DNA of 64,000 nt from Myxococcota bacterium (GCA_039208735.1 JBCCQY010000003.1:1-64000), one strand, 5' to 3'. Shown: positions 1-10,118, counted from the stretch's first letter. The notes: a model not told the origin generated them from the sequence alone. Program-made: numbers and translations.

Positions 1-218
1 GTTCATCGTGCAGGTTCGAACAACCGCTGGCCTTCGGCGCTGCGCGCCTGCAGGGCCTAGGCGGTTCATCGTGCAGGTTCGAACAACCGCTGGCCTTCGG
101 CGCTGCGCGCCTGCAGGGCCTAGGCGGTTCATCGTGCAGGTTCGAACAACCGCTGGCCTTCGGCGCTGCGCGCCTGCAGGCCGACGCGGTTCATCCTTCG
201 GCGCTGCGCGCCTGCAGG
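1..218. repeat. 63-bp tandem repeat (2 full copies, 1 near-full, 1 partial core), possibly continuing left of the window
   Basis: Unit GTTCATCGTGCAGGTTCGAACAACCGCTGGCCTTCGGCGCTGCGCGCCTGCAGGGCCTAGGCG starts at 1, 64 and 127; core CCTTCGGCGCTGCGCGCCTGCAGG recurs at ~195-218. Confidence 0.95.
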
Positions 219-222
219 ATGA

Positions 223-1731
223 TTAATTTCCCGCCGGCGGACAGATATCACCACCGAAGCTCACGTTGTGGAACTCACCGCTTCCACTGTGGCTGCCGAC
301 GATGTACTGGCCGTCGATGTGGCCGTTGTTGAACGTCATGTGGCAGCTCGGCGCGAGCAGCGAGCCCTGGACGCTCACGTTCTTGATCTCGGAGGGGCAG
401 TAGCCGTTGCAACCGAAGTTCCAAAGCACGGTATCGTTCTGCAGACCACCGTTGAGGTTGAACGAGCCGTTCTGGCCCCACAGGTCCGAGGAGCCCTCGA
501 CGTTGATGATGACGGTCGCGCCGTGCTGGCCCGACACGGTAATGCCGTTGATCACCGAGACCCAGGGCTTGAAGATGCCGCGAGCCATGTCGAGGTTCAG
601 CGTGCAGCTCGCGTAGTCGCCGGTCGTCGCGATGTCGACCTGGCCCGACCACATGTTGTAGGTCACGGTGCAGCCGGTGTCGGTCTGGCTCGACAGGAAG
701 TTGGCGATGTCGCACAAGCTGTTGTCGTCGCACGCATCGGAAGCGTCGAACGCGTAGGGGTCGTGGCAGGTCAACGTGCCATCCGGGACGCCGAGGCTCG
801 AGGTGTGGCAAGTACCGCCGACTTCCCCGTCGCCGTTGTAGATCTGACCGTTCGAGAACCAAAGGTCACCACCCACCGAGAGGATCGGAGTGGAGCCGGG
901 GGTCGTCGCGGTGCCAATGCCGAAGCCGATGACGTCCATGTAGTCGCCGATGGCCGCGCGGCCGCCGATGTCGGAGTAGCGACCGTAGAACTCCTCACAG
1001 GTGTAAACGTTGTACGGAGCGGCCGGGCCCAGGCCACCATCGGTGGGACAGGACGGGCTGTTCAGACAGACTAGATCAAAGTTGAAGTCGCCGTGGCCCC
1101 CATCAAGCAGCGTGGCGGGATGGGTCGCGTTGTCGAACAAATCCCACACAAACCAGAATGCACCACCAAACTCGTTGGTCTCCTTGTCGTTGGCGCCAAG
1201 ACCCACCTGGTGACCATACTGGAGATTCGTAGGCTTGTTGCTGAACTTCACCTCAAGATCAAGGTGGTCGTTCTTGATCGAGCCGTTGGTGACAAGGCCC
1301 AGTTGGTATTGTGTAGGATCGTTGCGGCTGCCCTTCGGGCCTGTGTTCATGTCGGCATTGGTGATGGTGTAGGACACATCCCAAACGGTGCCGTGCGAAG
1401 CGAGGGAGTCCGTACAGTTGGCACCAGCCACGAGTTCGAACTGACCGGTGAAGGTTCCGGTGCTGCCCGGGTTGGACACGTTCGTGTCGGGGTGATCGGC
1501 GGGATTCACCACGAGCGTATTCCCCGGCTTCGCCGAGAACAGCGCCCGTTGTCCGTCACAGAACAAATTGGGCGCCCAAATGGTGCGATGGGTTTGGTTG
1601 CTCGAATGGGCATTGTAGTCGACCATTTCGTAGGTCGACTGAACGTTGGGGCCGCAAGTACCGACGTCGGGGTCGACGGGCGGGTGCGTCGCGAAGGCGG
1701 CTGGGGCCATGAGCAGGAGGCTAAACGACAT
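223..1731 (-). CDS. Secreted choice-of-anchor A family protein
   Basis: Signal peptide; YNVY..F....SDIGGRAAIG and VLWNF...GSLLAP....FNNGHIDG.....GEFH motifs; GGAG RBS. Confidence 0.75.
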   Translation of the reverse strand: MSFSLLLMAPAAFATHPPVDPDVGTCGPNVQSTYEMVDYNAHSSNQTHRTIWAPNLFCDGQRALFSAKPGNTLVVNPADHPDTNVSNPGSTGTFTGQFELVAGANCTDSLASHGTVWDVSYTITNADMNTGPKGSRNDPTQYQLGLVTNGSIKNDHLDLEVKFSNKPTNLQYGHQVGLGANDKETNEFGGAFWFVWDLFDNATHPATLLDGGHGDFNFDLVCLNSPSCPTDGGLGPAAPYNVYTCEEFYGRYSDIGGRAAIGDYMDVIGFGIGTATTPGSTPILSVGGDLWFSNGQIYNGDGEVGGTCHTSSLGVPDGTLTCHDPYAFDASDACDDNSLCDIANFLSSQTDTGCTVTYNMWSGQVDIATTGDYASCTLNLDMARGIFKPWVSVINGITVSGQHGATVIINVEGSSDLWGQNGSFNLNGGLQNDTVLWNFGCNGYCPSEIKNVSVQGSLLAPSCHMTFNNGHIDGQYIVGSHSGSGEFHNVSFGGDICPPAGN

Positions 1732-1888
1732 GTAGATTGCTCCGTGGGAGTGACGGCCGAAGGGCCGACCGCGGAGTCCGTTATCGCCTACGTCGTGTCA
1801 GTTGAGATTCAAGGTGGTTACACAGATTCTCTGCTAAGAAGCTCTTGCAGAAGATTCACTACGAATAATCAGTACCGATACGGCACAG

Positions 1889-4225
1889 TCAGTGCCGCCG
1901 GCGTACCCCGATCAAGCCTGTGAACACAATGGCGATCCAAAGCGGGGACGAGCCGCCCAGGTGGCATCCCGCGCAGCGACCCCCATCGGAAGGGGGGCCA
2001 ACGGGAGAGTCGTCGTTGGATGACGGTTCGCCAGTGTCGGAAGGAACGGGTGGCGGGGGCGCGTCAGTCTCGTAGTCGACGACGAGGAGGGTCGCGGTGT
2101 AGGCGGGGACGGTGACCACCCCCTCGAAGGTGTCGGAGGGATGCTCAACCACCCGAGCGCCGACGGTGGCGCCGAAGTGCTCGACCTCGAGTCGGCCGGC
2201 GTCCAGACCGTCCAAGGTGAGGGTCACGTCGTCGTCCGGGGACTTGTTGACGATCACGATCGAGACGGTTTGGCCGGTTCCTTGCGACGCATAGACCCCG
2301 AGTCGGTCAGGGTCGAACCCGCTGACCTCGAGGCTTGAGTTGCCAAAGACAAGGTCACCCCCTCGGAACAGTTCATACGCCGCGGCCGCCGGGCTGCCCG
2401 CGGGCGGGCCAGGCCACATGAACGCCCAGTCCACCTGCTCGCGACCCAGGATGCCAAGGGCGTCCGCGGCCGCCAGGCCCCCGCTGGGGCCTTCCACATC
2501 GCCGAACCCCCACTCGGAGATGGCGAGGCGGGTGCCAGGGTAGTGCGCATCGATCAGCGCTTGCATGCGCGGGATCCATTGCACCCGATCGGGATTGGGC
2601 TGGTCGGTGACGGGCGGCTCGGTGCCAACGTAGCTTTCGTCGATAAAGCTCGGGTCCCACAGCGAACGGGTCGAGCGAAGTCGCCACGCATCGATCGCTT
2701 CGTCTGACTGGTTCTTCCAATCGAACGCGATCAGGTTCTCGGGGTAGTAGTGCAGATCGAGCACATCGAGGGTGCGGCGGCCCGAGGTGGCATCGGCTTT
2801 GGCCACTTCATCGAGGAACCAGGGCAGGAAGTCGCCGTAGTTCGTCGCATCTGTCGGGTCGCCGCTGTTCCAATAGTAGAACCAGCAACAGCCCACCGGA
2901 CCGGTCACATCGACATTCGGGAGGGCATCCTTGGCCGCATTGGCGTAGTCGAGGAAGCGTTGAAGCTGCTCCTCGTAGGTTGCGGGGTCGGGATGAACGC
3001 CCTGGTGCGCAAAGTGCGCGATATCGGTCTCGTTCCCGATGGCGAGCATCGTCGGCACCGGGGTCAGGTTTGCAAGCCAATCCCGAGCATCGTCGGCCGA
3101 CCACGGTACCGAGACATCGTTGGGGTCGTTGTCGAGGATGGGGGTGCCGTCCGGTTGCAGCCCGTTTCCTGCGTCGGGCTCGTCGGGCGAGGTCTGCTCT
3201 TGGGGCCCGTACTTCTCGACGCTGTACTGCCAGCCTCGCGTCCCGTCGGCCACCCAATCGAGGTTGGGCACCGTGACAACGGTGGGCACATCGATCAGGT
3301 CCGACCAGGCGCGAAGGTCGGGATTCACGGTCACGTTCCGGAAGAAGTAATCCGCCCCCACGTTCGTACTGCGCGTCGACGGATTGTAGAGCGCTCGGGC
3401 GTTCCCGCCCCAGCGGACGGCGCCATACCGGTACCGGTCCATGACCGCGTCGGTGGGGGGCCAATCTGGGAAGTTGACCCCGTAGACGGTGGGGGCGATG
3501 ACGTGGGTGACGTCGCGGCCCACCGAGACCGAAGCGGTGGTGATGCGGCGGGTGTAGGTGCCATCGGCGGTGGTAACCCGAAGTTCGCCTGATTCCAGCG
3601 GCGGATCGAGGGTGAGGTAGGTTCGGGTCGGTCCGCTGCGCTCCACGGTGTCGACGATGTTGTGGGGCTTGCCGTCGACCGTCACCGTCACGGACGAGGC
3701 ATCACCTGGGCCGTACAGCACGAGGCGATTCGGCGGTACCGGTTCAACCGTGCGAAAGCCGGTCGCATTGGGATCATCATCGAGCAACTCGATGTCGTCC
3801 ACCCAAACGGTCGCTGCGAGCCCGCTCGTGTCGACCCACGAGATGCGGTTCCAGTTGAAGGCAGGCAATGCGTCGAGGGAAACGATGACCTCGGTCCACG
3901 CATCGGTCGACAAATCCAAGGGGATTTCGGGAGCTATCGCACCCTCTTGGGTACTCTCGAGCCGGAGCACGAGCCCCTCGCCGTCGGCTTTGGCGTAAAA
4001 GCGCAAGGCCGAGGCCACCCCCAGACCGGTGGCGCGCTGGATCGACAAACCCCCATTGGACTCGATCGCCGCAAAAATGGCGCGTTCGCCCGTCCGGGCC
4101 TCGCCGGTGGCTTCGAAGTCCACGGTCGAGGTCCACGACCAGTTGTACCAGTTGGGAGCCAAGAACTCCCCGTAGACCAACTCATCGGCTCCAACTGCGA
4201 GCCCAGGAACGAGCAGCCAAATCAC
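1889..4225 (-). CDS. Glycoside hydrolase family 44 endoglucanase with N-terminal CBM-like region and MYXO-CTERM-like tail
   Basis: RWGGN, GNE (acid/base), LDVLDLHYYP, RLRSTRSLWDP, YPGTRLAISEW (nucleophile); Pro-rich linker, Cys pair, TM helix, RRRH end. Confidence 0.85.
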   Translation of the reverse strand: MIWLLVPGLAVGADELVYGEFLAPNWYNWSWTSTVDFEATGEARTGERAIFAAIESNGGLSIQRATGLGVASALRFYAKADGEGLVLRLESTQEGAIAPEIPLDLSTDAWTEVIVSLDALPAFNWNRISWVDTSGLAATVWVDDIELLDDDPNATGFRTVEPVPPNRLVLYGPGDASSVTVTVDGKPHNIVDTVERSGPTRTYLTLDPPLESGELRVTTADGTYTRRITTASVSVGRDVTHVIAPTVYGVNFPDWPPTDAVMDRYRYGAVRWGGNARALYNPSTRSTNVGADYFFRNVTVNPDLRAWSDLIDVPTVVTVPNLDWVADGTRGWQYSVEKYGPQEQTSPDEPDAGNGLQPDGTPILDNDPNDVSVPWSADDARDWLANLTPVPTMLAIGNETDIAHFAHQGVHPDPATYEEQLQRFLDYANAAKDALPNVDVTGPVGCCWFYYWNSGDPTDATNYGDFLPWFLDEVAKADATSGRRTLDVLDLHYYPENLIAFDWKNQSDEAIDAWRLRSTRSLWDPSFIDESYVGTEPPVTDQPNPDRVQWIPRMQALIDAHYPGTRLAISEWGFGDVEGPSGGLAAADALGILGREQVDWAFMWPGPPAGSPAAAAYELFRGGDLVFGNSSLEVSGFDPDRLGVYASQGTGQTVSIVIVNKSPDDDVTLTLDGLDAGRLEVEHFGATVGARVVEHPSDTFEGVVTVPAYTATLLVVDYETDAPPPPVPSDTGEPSSNDDSPVGPPSDGGRCAGCHLGGSSPLWIAIVFTGLIGVRRRH

Positions 4226-5949
4226 TCGGTCTCCAACGGAAGCACGGTTTGATGACCGTCACGAAGGAACGGCAGCTCGTCGAGCAACCGGTAGGGAAGG
4301 TAGCCGTCGCCTGAAAGGGCGCGGCCGAGCCCAAGGGTCTGCAAACTCAGCGTCCACGCGCGAAGGCGATGGTTGAACCGAATCACGTCCTGCTCGGCGG
4401 TTCCCACGCTTTCGACCGCGTTGAACGCGGTGAGGAGGTTGCGGTCCAACAGGGTTTCGAGCATCACGCCGGCGGTCTTTGGGAATTCCCCAACCACCAT
4501 TGCCGCGTAGTGGGGTGCATAAAACGAGTAGCCGACGGCCTCAAGACCATCCGTGGCGACCAGATTGTGGCCTCCCACGCCCCAATCGCTGACCGAGGGG
4601 GCGTACCCATCGAGCTGCCAGGGCTCGGGCACTTCGGCGGTCGACAAGCCAAACAGGCCCAACTTGCCCGCCGGGGTGTCGCGGCTCCATGTGTGGTGCT
4701 GCCAATGGGCTCCGGAACGCCACGCCACCCAGTCGTTGCCATTCCAGTCCGGTCGGTCCATCGGGAAAAACAACGCGGCCAGTTCGTTGTCCCAGCCCGC
4801 CCCGTCCCACGTCGGGGTAAAGGGAAGGTTCATCGGCGCGAAGTTGCCGGTCGCGCCGACGTGGGCCACCTGCAGCAGCACGGACTTGGAGCCAAAGACT
4901 CCGAAGTCCCAGCTGACGGCTTGGTTGTCGCTGTCGAACCCGCCGCTGATGGGCTGGCCACCGTTGGTCGTTAGCTCGTCCCACACCACGTCTTCCAGGG
5001 CGCCCTGAAGGTCAGCGGTCCGGAGCTCAAACGCCTGGGCCGCGAGCATCGTGGATTCGAGGGCCACCGCAGTGGCCAACGACGACCACGTCCCTCCCGC
5101 GGCGAGGCTGGTTCCGTCGGTCTGATCGGGAAGCAGTCCGGCGACGGGGTCTCGAGGGAGCGCGAGCAGGGCATCGCGTGACGAAAGGATGATCGAGCGT
5201 GCCACCGCCTCGGGGACGTAGCCAAGGTCGGAACCCACCGCCGTGGCGAGCGCGAACAGGCCCGTTGCATCAGGTGCGTAGATGACGGGGTCTTCCTGAG
5301 GGCCGCATTGGGCCCGGACCAGTCCAACCGTGTCGTCCCAACAGCGCGACAGCTGGGCGTAGGAGTAGACGAAGGATTCGTCGACCGCATCGAGGAAGGG
5401 GCGCCGCTCGTTCAGCAGCAGCTCCACCCGTCGGACCTCGGCAAACCCACGAATCAGCTCGACGGAGAAGCCGCCGATCTTGATGGGCTCTGGCAAATCG
5501 ACGTCGAAGATGACCTTGTCGTCCCGCCGGACGAACCCCTGGGTCTGGGTCCACAGCTCGGTGCCATCGGGCGCTTCGAGCCGCGCGGTGATCGCACCTG
5601 AGCCCGAGAGCAGCAGCTGGATGCCTTCGAGCGTCGGTTGAACGTCGAAGTTGAGGGTGGGCCCAAGCAATTGATCGACCGAGACCCCTTCGGGGGCCAG
5701 GTCGGTCGACATCGGCATCGCAAAGCGAACGCCGCCGCCTGGATTCCCCGGGTTGAAGATCGCGAAATCACCGTCCCGGTTCGTATTGCCGAAGAACTCG
5801 CGCGCCGTGTCCATGCGCGACCGCCCTAAGTCCTCGCCGTTCGGGCCCTTGGGCCGGAAGTCGTCGACGAGCGCAACATGCGTGTGGGGCAACGACACCG
5901 TCGTGGTGACGCCTCCGCGGCATGCGAGCAACCAGATCCAGGGCATCAT
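4222..5949 (-). CDS. Putative lipoprotein with glucoamylase-like/GH144-like (alpha/alpha)6 barrel
   Basis: ATG overlaps bcsC stop (ATGA); LLAC lipobox; ATGLFALATAVGSDLGYV...ARSII....LLALPR..AGLLP, FGLS.AE.P and YAPHYAAM segments. Confidence 0.5.
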   Translation of the reverse strand: MMPWIWLLACRGGVTTTVSLPHTHVALVDDFRPKGPNGEDLGRSRMDTAREFFGNTNRDGDFAIFNPGNPGGGVRFAMPMSTDLAPEGVSVDQLLGPTLNFDVQPTLEGIQLLLSGSGAITARLEAPDGTELWTQTQGFVRRDDKVIFDVDLPEPIKIGGFSVELIRGFAEVRRVELLLNERRPFLDAVDESFVYSYAQLSRCWDDTVGLVRAQCGPQEDPVIYAPDATGLFALATAVGSDLGYVPEAVARSIILSSRDALLALPRDPVAGLLPDQTDGTSLAAGGTWSSLATAVALESTMLAAQAFELRTADLQGALEDVVWDELTTNGGQPISGGFDSDNQAVSWDFGVFGSKSVLLQVAHVGATGNFAPMNLPFTPTWDGAGWDNELAALFFPMDRPDWNGNDWVAWRSGAHWQHHTWSRDTPAGKLGLFGLSTAEVPEPWQLDGYAPSVSDWGVGGHNLVATDGLEAVGYSFYAPHYAAMVVGEFPKTAGVMLETLLDRNLLTAFNAVESVGTAEQDVIRFNHRLRAWTLSLQTLGLGRALSGDGYLPYRLLDELPFLRDGHQTVLPLETE

Positions 5950-8900
5950 GGGACCACCGAAAGGGCGCCGATGCCCGTACCATGGATCGAAGACAGGGGC
6001 TTGAACGACCGGATGCCCGTCCATTCAGGGATGAAGCCAAGTCGGAACATCACCGTGGTCTGGCTCCAGAAGTTGCCCGTGGTCTCGTTTTGGGCGTCGA
6101 GGCCGATGCGCCAGCCGTCGTCGGTGAGTGCAAAGCGAAGGCCCGCGCCCAGCCCGAACGCACGGAACACGCCGGGCTGGAAGTACGGCGAGGCTTCTCC
6201 GGTCATGCTCTGGACGCCGATGGCGCCTGTCGCGTGGAGTTCGGTCCCGCTGTAGTTGGGCTTCCAGCGCACAGAGCCGCGCACCAGGCCCACGGTGTAG
6301 CTGCGCGGGCTGAAGATGCCGGTGCTGCCGAGCACGAAGCGGTCGACCTGACGGTCGTGGGACAACCAGGTAAAGTTGCCGCCTACCCGGACTTGAAGGG
6401 ACTCGGAGCCGAGCGCCTGGCCGCCCCATGCCGACAGCTCCTGACGACCGACGCGGTCCATCGAAAGTGCTTCGACATAGCCCACGCGGAAGCGCACGCC
6501 GGCGTCGGTGAGCTTGGGGTTGGCGAGCGAGACGAAGCCGCCGCCCCAGGTGTTCGACGCAAGCCCAAACGACTGGCTCGTCGTGGCGTCGACAAGGCCC
6601 GCCCACGACAAGAGGCTGTCGGTGACCGGCGTACGCCCCGTGTCGGCTCCGAAGGTCACGTAGGGGCCCGAGGCGACCTTGATGCTGCCGAGCCACGTCA
6701 GGTAATTGCCGACTTCGAAGCCCAACGGGCTCGTGCCGACCTTGGCCTCAAGGCCGACTTTGCTCCGTTCTGGGGTCGCGATACCGACCGCGGCCGAGAC
6801 TCCAAGCTGCTCGTTTACGCCGTCGTCGACCAGGATGGACAGCACATCGGCCTCGAGCCGCAGCGGACCGGCGTAGAACTCGCTCACCGCCAGGCCCAGG
6901 ACCCCGCTGTTGAGCAGGTTCTCGCCTTCCGTGCCCGTTCGGCCGATGAAGCCACCGCCCACATCCCCGTAGGGGTAGTGGTTGGCCGACAGCGTTTCTT
7001 CCAACTCATCCACTTCGGCGAGGGTGACGCGGCCCGACATGCCTTCGTCGGCGAGCGGAGGCACATCCTCGGGGGTTGTGCCGTCGGGGAGCGGCAGCAC
7101 GGGCAGGGCCTCGAGCTGTACCCGGCGCCGTGGAGCCGCTTCGGGGGAGGTACCGAGGGTGCCGTCCCGTACCGACTTCAGCGTACGCACGCCTGCATTC
7201 CAACGTCCCAGGCGACCCTGCACCTCGGCGAGTGCGATGCCGATGCGAGGGTCAGGGATGCGCTCGTAGGCGGTCTTGAGGAACCGTCCGGCCGGACGCA
7301 GGTTACCCATCGCTTCCATCGCAATGGACTTGCCGATGATCGAGGGCACATGGTCTGGATCGAACTCGAGCGACCGTTCGTAGACGTCGAGTCCGTCCAC
7401 CGTCAGTTCGAGGGCCAGGTAGCCGCCACCCAGCAGGGCCCAGTGGTCGGGGTTGTCCGAAACCGAAACCCGCAAGTCACCAAGCTCTTGCTCGGCCATA
7501 CGCCGACGACCGCGCGTCGACAGCTCGACCGCGTGCTCCACACTGGAGGCGAAGAGTGCGTTTTCGAGCGCGGTGCGGGCGGGTTCTCCGCCCCCGTTGT
7601 CCAGCGCGGCTTCCATGAGTTGGACGACTTCGTCCATGCGTCCCGTTCGCAGGCCTGCATCCATGGCGACCGCCAAGGCACGACCGTGGGTGGGGTCGTT
7701 GGCCAACGCACGTTCGGCCCGTTTGAGGGCGACGCCCGGCTGGCCCTGAACGAGCATCAGCGACCCCATGGCCGCATCGACGTGGGGTGACTCGGGGTAG
7801 CGAACCGAGATGTCGTCGAGGATTTTGCGCGCCCGGCGGAAGTCACCTTCGAGGGCCAGCGCATCGACGTCGCGAAGCGCCTGCTGGATCTCCATCGAGT
7901 CCTGGATTTCGAAAACGGCCGCCCCCGCTTCGCGCTTGCCCAGCTCGTCCAAGGCGTCGCGTGCCTCATCGATCTGACCAAGCTGCTGGAGCGCGGTCAC
8001 GCGACCGAGCCGCGCTTCGACGATGCTTGGGTCCTGATCCAGAGCCGCATCGAAGAATGCAAGGGCCACGCCCGGTTGACGATGCTCGAGGTACAACCCG
8101 GCGAGCGAGACCATGGTCCAGGCTCCGGGATGCAGGTCTAGGGCCTTGGAATAGGCATCAAAGGCTGCTTCTCCGCGACCCACGTCATGCCAAAGACGGT
8201 CGCCTTCGGTGCGCAGGGCGTCGGCCTGGATGCGCTTGCGGGCTTCGATCACTGCGTCATCATCAATGTCCGCGAGCGATTCGAGGATCGGGAGCGCCTC
8301 TTCCGCGCGCTTCAGTTGCACCAGAGCCGTGGCCTCGGCCATGGCGAGCCAGGGGTCGCTCGGGCGCTGGGTGCGGGCTCGCTGGTAGACGGCGAGGGCG
8401 TCGGCCGGCTTGCCGTAGCGCATCAGCGTGTCGCCCAAGGCGTGCAGGATGCGCGGGTTGTCGGGGTAGCGGACCAACAGGTCCTGGAAGGCCGCGCGAA
8501 CGTCCGTCTCGAGTCCGCTCTCGAGCGCATCCTCGATGTCGGCCAGCAGGAGCGCGACCGAAACATCTTGGCGGAGTTCTCGAGCCGCGGGGGACCGCAG
8601 GTCCGTGCGATCCAACAGATCCTGGGCCCCTTCGGAGTCGTTCGCGGCGAGCATGATGCGGACCGCGCTGCGGAGCGCGTCAATGTCGACGCTGTCGATC
8701 TCGAGCGCCTTGAGGTACGCAGCGCGCCCCGCATCGAGGCGACCTGCGGCCCACAGGGTGCCGCCGAGGCCCTTGTAGTAGCCACCGTTGTCGGGCTGCA
8801 GGGCGAGGGCCGCGCGGTAGTGAAAGACCGCTTCGTCGTAGTCGTCGCGCTCTTTGAGGTGCTCCGCCATCAGCGTGTGCATGCCGGCGACCGCACTGAC

Positions 8901-10118
8901 CTTGAACCAGAAGTCATAGGGGGTCGAGCGGCGAAGGCTCTGCCGATGCGAACTCAACAGGGCTTGGGGGTCCCCACTCTTGAGCGCAGCCCGGTCGAAC
9001 ACACCCTGCAGCTGGGCGGCGCGAGGACGGGCCACCATCGCGGGCTCGAGCACGGCCCGCGCTTCCTTGGAACGGCCTTGGGCGAGCAGCAATTCTGCCC
9101 GCTGGAGTACGACGGCGGGCTGGTCCGGAGCGAGTCGGTAGGCCCGTTCGATCTCATCGACGCGTTCGAGCACGGGTTCGTTCGCCGTCGTGACGAGCTG
9201 CACGGCGTAGACGAGCTGCGTCGCTTCCTCGTTGTCGCCCGCCGCGCGTTCGGCTTCGGAACCTCGGTTGGCTTCGAGCAGGGCCGAGACCCAGGACTTG
9301 CGCAGCGTCGAAGAGGTGGGGTCACCCTTGACGAGTTTGGCGAACAGCTCCGCCGCTTTGTCGGGTTCTCCGTTGGTCAGACGCGCGCCAGCGACCGAGC
9401 GCCAGGCGGAGCGGTCCTTCGCATCGGTGTCGAACCGGCCGAGCACCTTGGCCGCAGTGTCGACGTAGCCGGCTTCGATGAGCGCGCCGATCCGTGCGGT
9501 GAGCGAGCCGTTCGAGACGGCCTTGGCCAAAGGGTGACTCTTCGCCATGTCGATGGCGCGCACGACATCCTTCGCCTCATCGAGGCGATTGAGGGCAAGC
9601 AGGCTCAGCAGCAACCCTTCGTTGGCCGCCCCACTGTCGACGGCCGCAAAGAGGGGCTCGGCCTGATCGGCGCGGTCGTTCGCGAGAAGCGAACGCGCGA
9701 GCGCGGTCTTCACGTCGTCGCGTTCAGGATGGCGCTGCGAAAGCGTAAGGAGGGTCTTCACGGCCTGCGGACGGGTGCCGGGGTCGTCGACCCGAGCCTG
9801 CGCCGATCGCAGGGAGAGGAGCAATCGGCCGTCCGCGGAGCGTTGTCCGGCCCTCGCGCGCAGCGTGTCGTAAAGGTCGCGCCAGCCCGGTCGCACGTCT
9901 TCGGTGACGGCCAGGTGGTACAGCTCGTCGAGCGCTTGATCGCCCACGACAGGGTCGTCGGCCAAGCGGTGCAAGGCCACGGCGACTTCATCCCGACCGA
10001 CGGCCTCCCGTTGCTGAAGGCTTCTGGCGAACGAAAGCTCGGTCCAGGGGTCGTCGAGATCCAGGGGGATCTCCGCCCCGATTGCGGTGTTCAAACACAC
10101 CAGCACCCATGCGAGCAT
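5946..10118 (-). CDS. bcsC: Cellulose synthase outer-membrane subunit BcsC (TPR array plus C-terminal beta-barrel)
   Basis: Many TPR-like repeats; SPLGF, RTPVTDSLLSWAG..D and GIFSPRSY signatures; start overlaps bcsZ stop. Confidence 0.85.
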   Translation of the reverse strand: MLAWVLVCLNTAIGAEIPLDLDDPWTELSFARSLQQREAVGRDEVAVALHRLADDPVVGDQALDELYHLAVTEDVRPGWRDLYDTLRARAGQRSADGRLLLSLRSAQARVDDPGTRPQAVKTLLTLSQRHPERDDVKTALARSLLANDRADQAEPLFAAVDSGAANEGLLLSLLALNRLDEAKDVVRAIDMAKSHPLAKAVSNGSLTARIGALIEAGYVDTAAKVLGRFDTDAKDRSAWRSVAGARLTNGEPDKAAELFAKLVKGDPTSSTLRKSWVSALLEANRGSEAERAAGDNEEATQLVYAVQLVTTANEPVLERVDEIERAYRLAPDQPAVVLQRAELLLAQGRSKEARAVLEPAMVARPRAAQLQGVFDRAALKSGDPQALLSSHRQSLRRSTPYDFWFKVSAVAGMHTLMAEHLKERDDYDEAVFHYRAALALQPDNGGYYKGLGGTLWAAGRLDAGRAAYLKALEIDSVDIDALRSAVRIMLAANDSEGAQDLLDRTDLRSPAARELRQDVSVALLLADIEDALESGLETDVRAAFQDLLVRYPDNPRILHALGDTLMRYGKPADALAVYQRARTQRPSDPWLAMAEATALVQLKRAEEALPILESLADIDDDAVIEARKRIQADALRTEGDRLWHDVGRGEAAFDAYSKALDLHPGAWTMVSLAGLYLEHRQPGVALAFFDAALDQDPSIVEARLGRVTALQQLGQIDEARDALDELGKREAGAAVFEIQDSMEIQQALRDVDALALEGDFRRARKILDDISVRYPESPHVDAAMGSLMLVQGQPGVALKRAERALANDPTHGRALAVAMDAGLRTGRMDEVVQLMEAALDNGGGEPARTALENALFASSVEHAVELSTRGRRRMAEQELGDLRVSVSDNPDHWALLGGGYLALELTVDGLDVYERSLEFDPDHVPSIIGKSIAMEAMGNLRPAGRFLKTAYERIPDPRIGIALAEVQGRLGRWNAGVRTLKSVRDGTLGTSPEAAPRRRVQLEALPVLPLPDGTTPEDVPPLADEGMSGRVTLAEVDELEETLSANHYPYGDVGGGFIGRTGTEGENLLNSGVLGLAVSEFYAGPLRLEADVLSILVDDGVNEQLGVSAAVGIATPERSKVGLEAKVGTSPLGFEVGNYLTWLGSIKVASGPYVTFGADTGRTPVTDSLLSWAGLVDATTSQSFGLASNTWGGGFVSLANPKLTDAGVRFRVGYVEALSMDRVGRQELSAWGGQALGSESLQVRVGGNFTWLSHDRQVDRFVLGSTGIFSPRSYTVGLVRGSVRWKPNYSGTELHATGAIGVQSMTGEASPYFQPGVFRAFGLGAGLRFALTDDGWRIGLDAQNETTGNFWSQTTVMFRLGFIPEWTGIRSFKPLSSIHGTGIGALSVVP

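Noticed and set aside
1..218. CRISPR array, or a 72-aa repeat protein (ORF 8-226)
   Set aside because: Units are identical with no unique spacers and no cas genes nearby; the ORF is a by-product of the 63-bp period
1955..1985. CxxCH (CAGCH) heme c motif in the GH44 tail
   Set aside because: Lies just before the TM helix and Arg tail, where MYXO-CTERM-like signals carry Cys residues; no cytochrome domain
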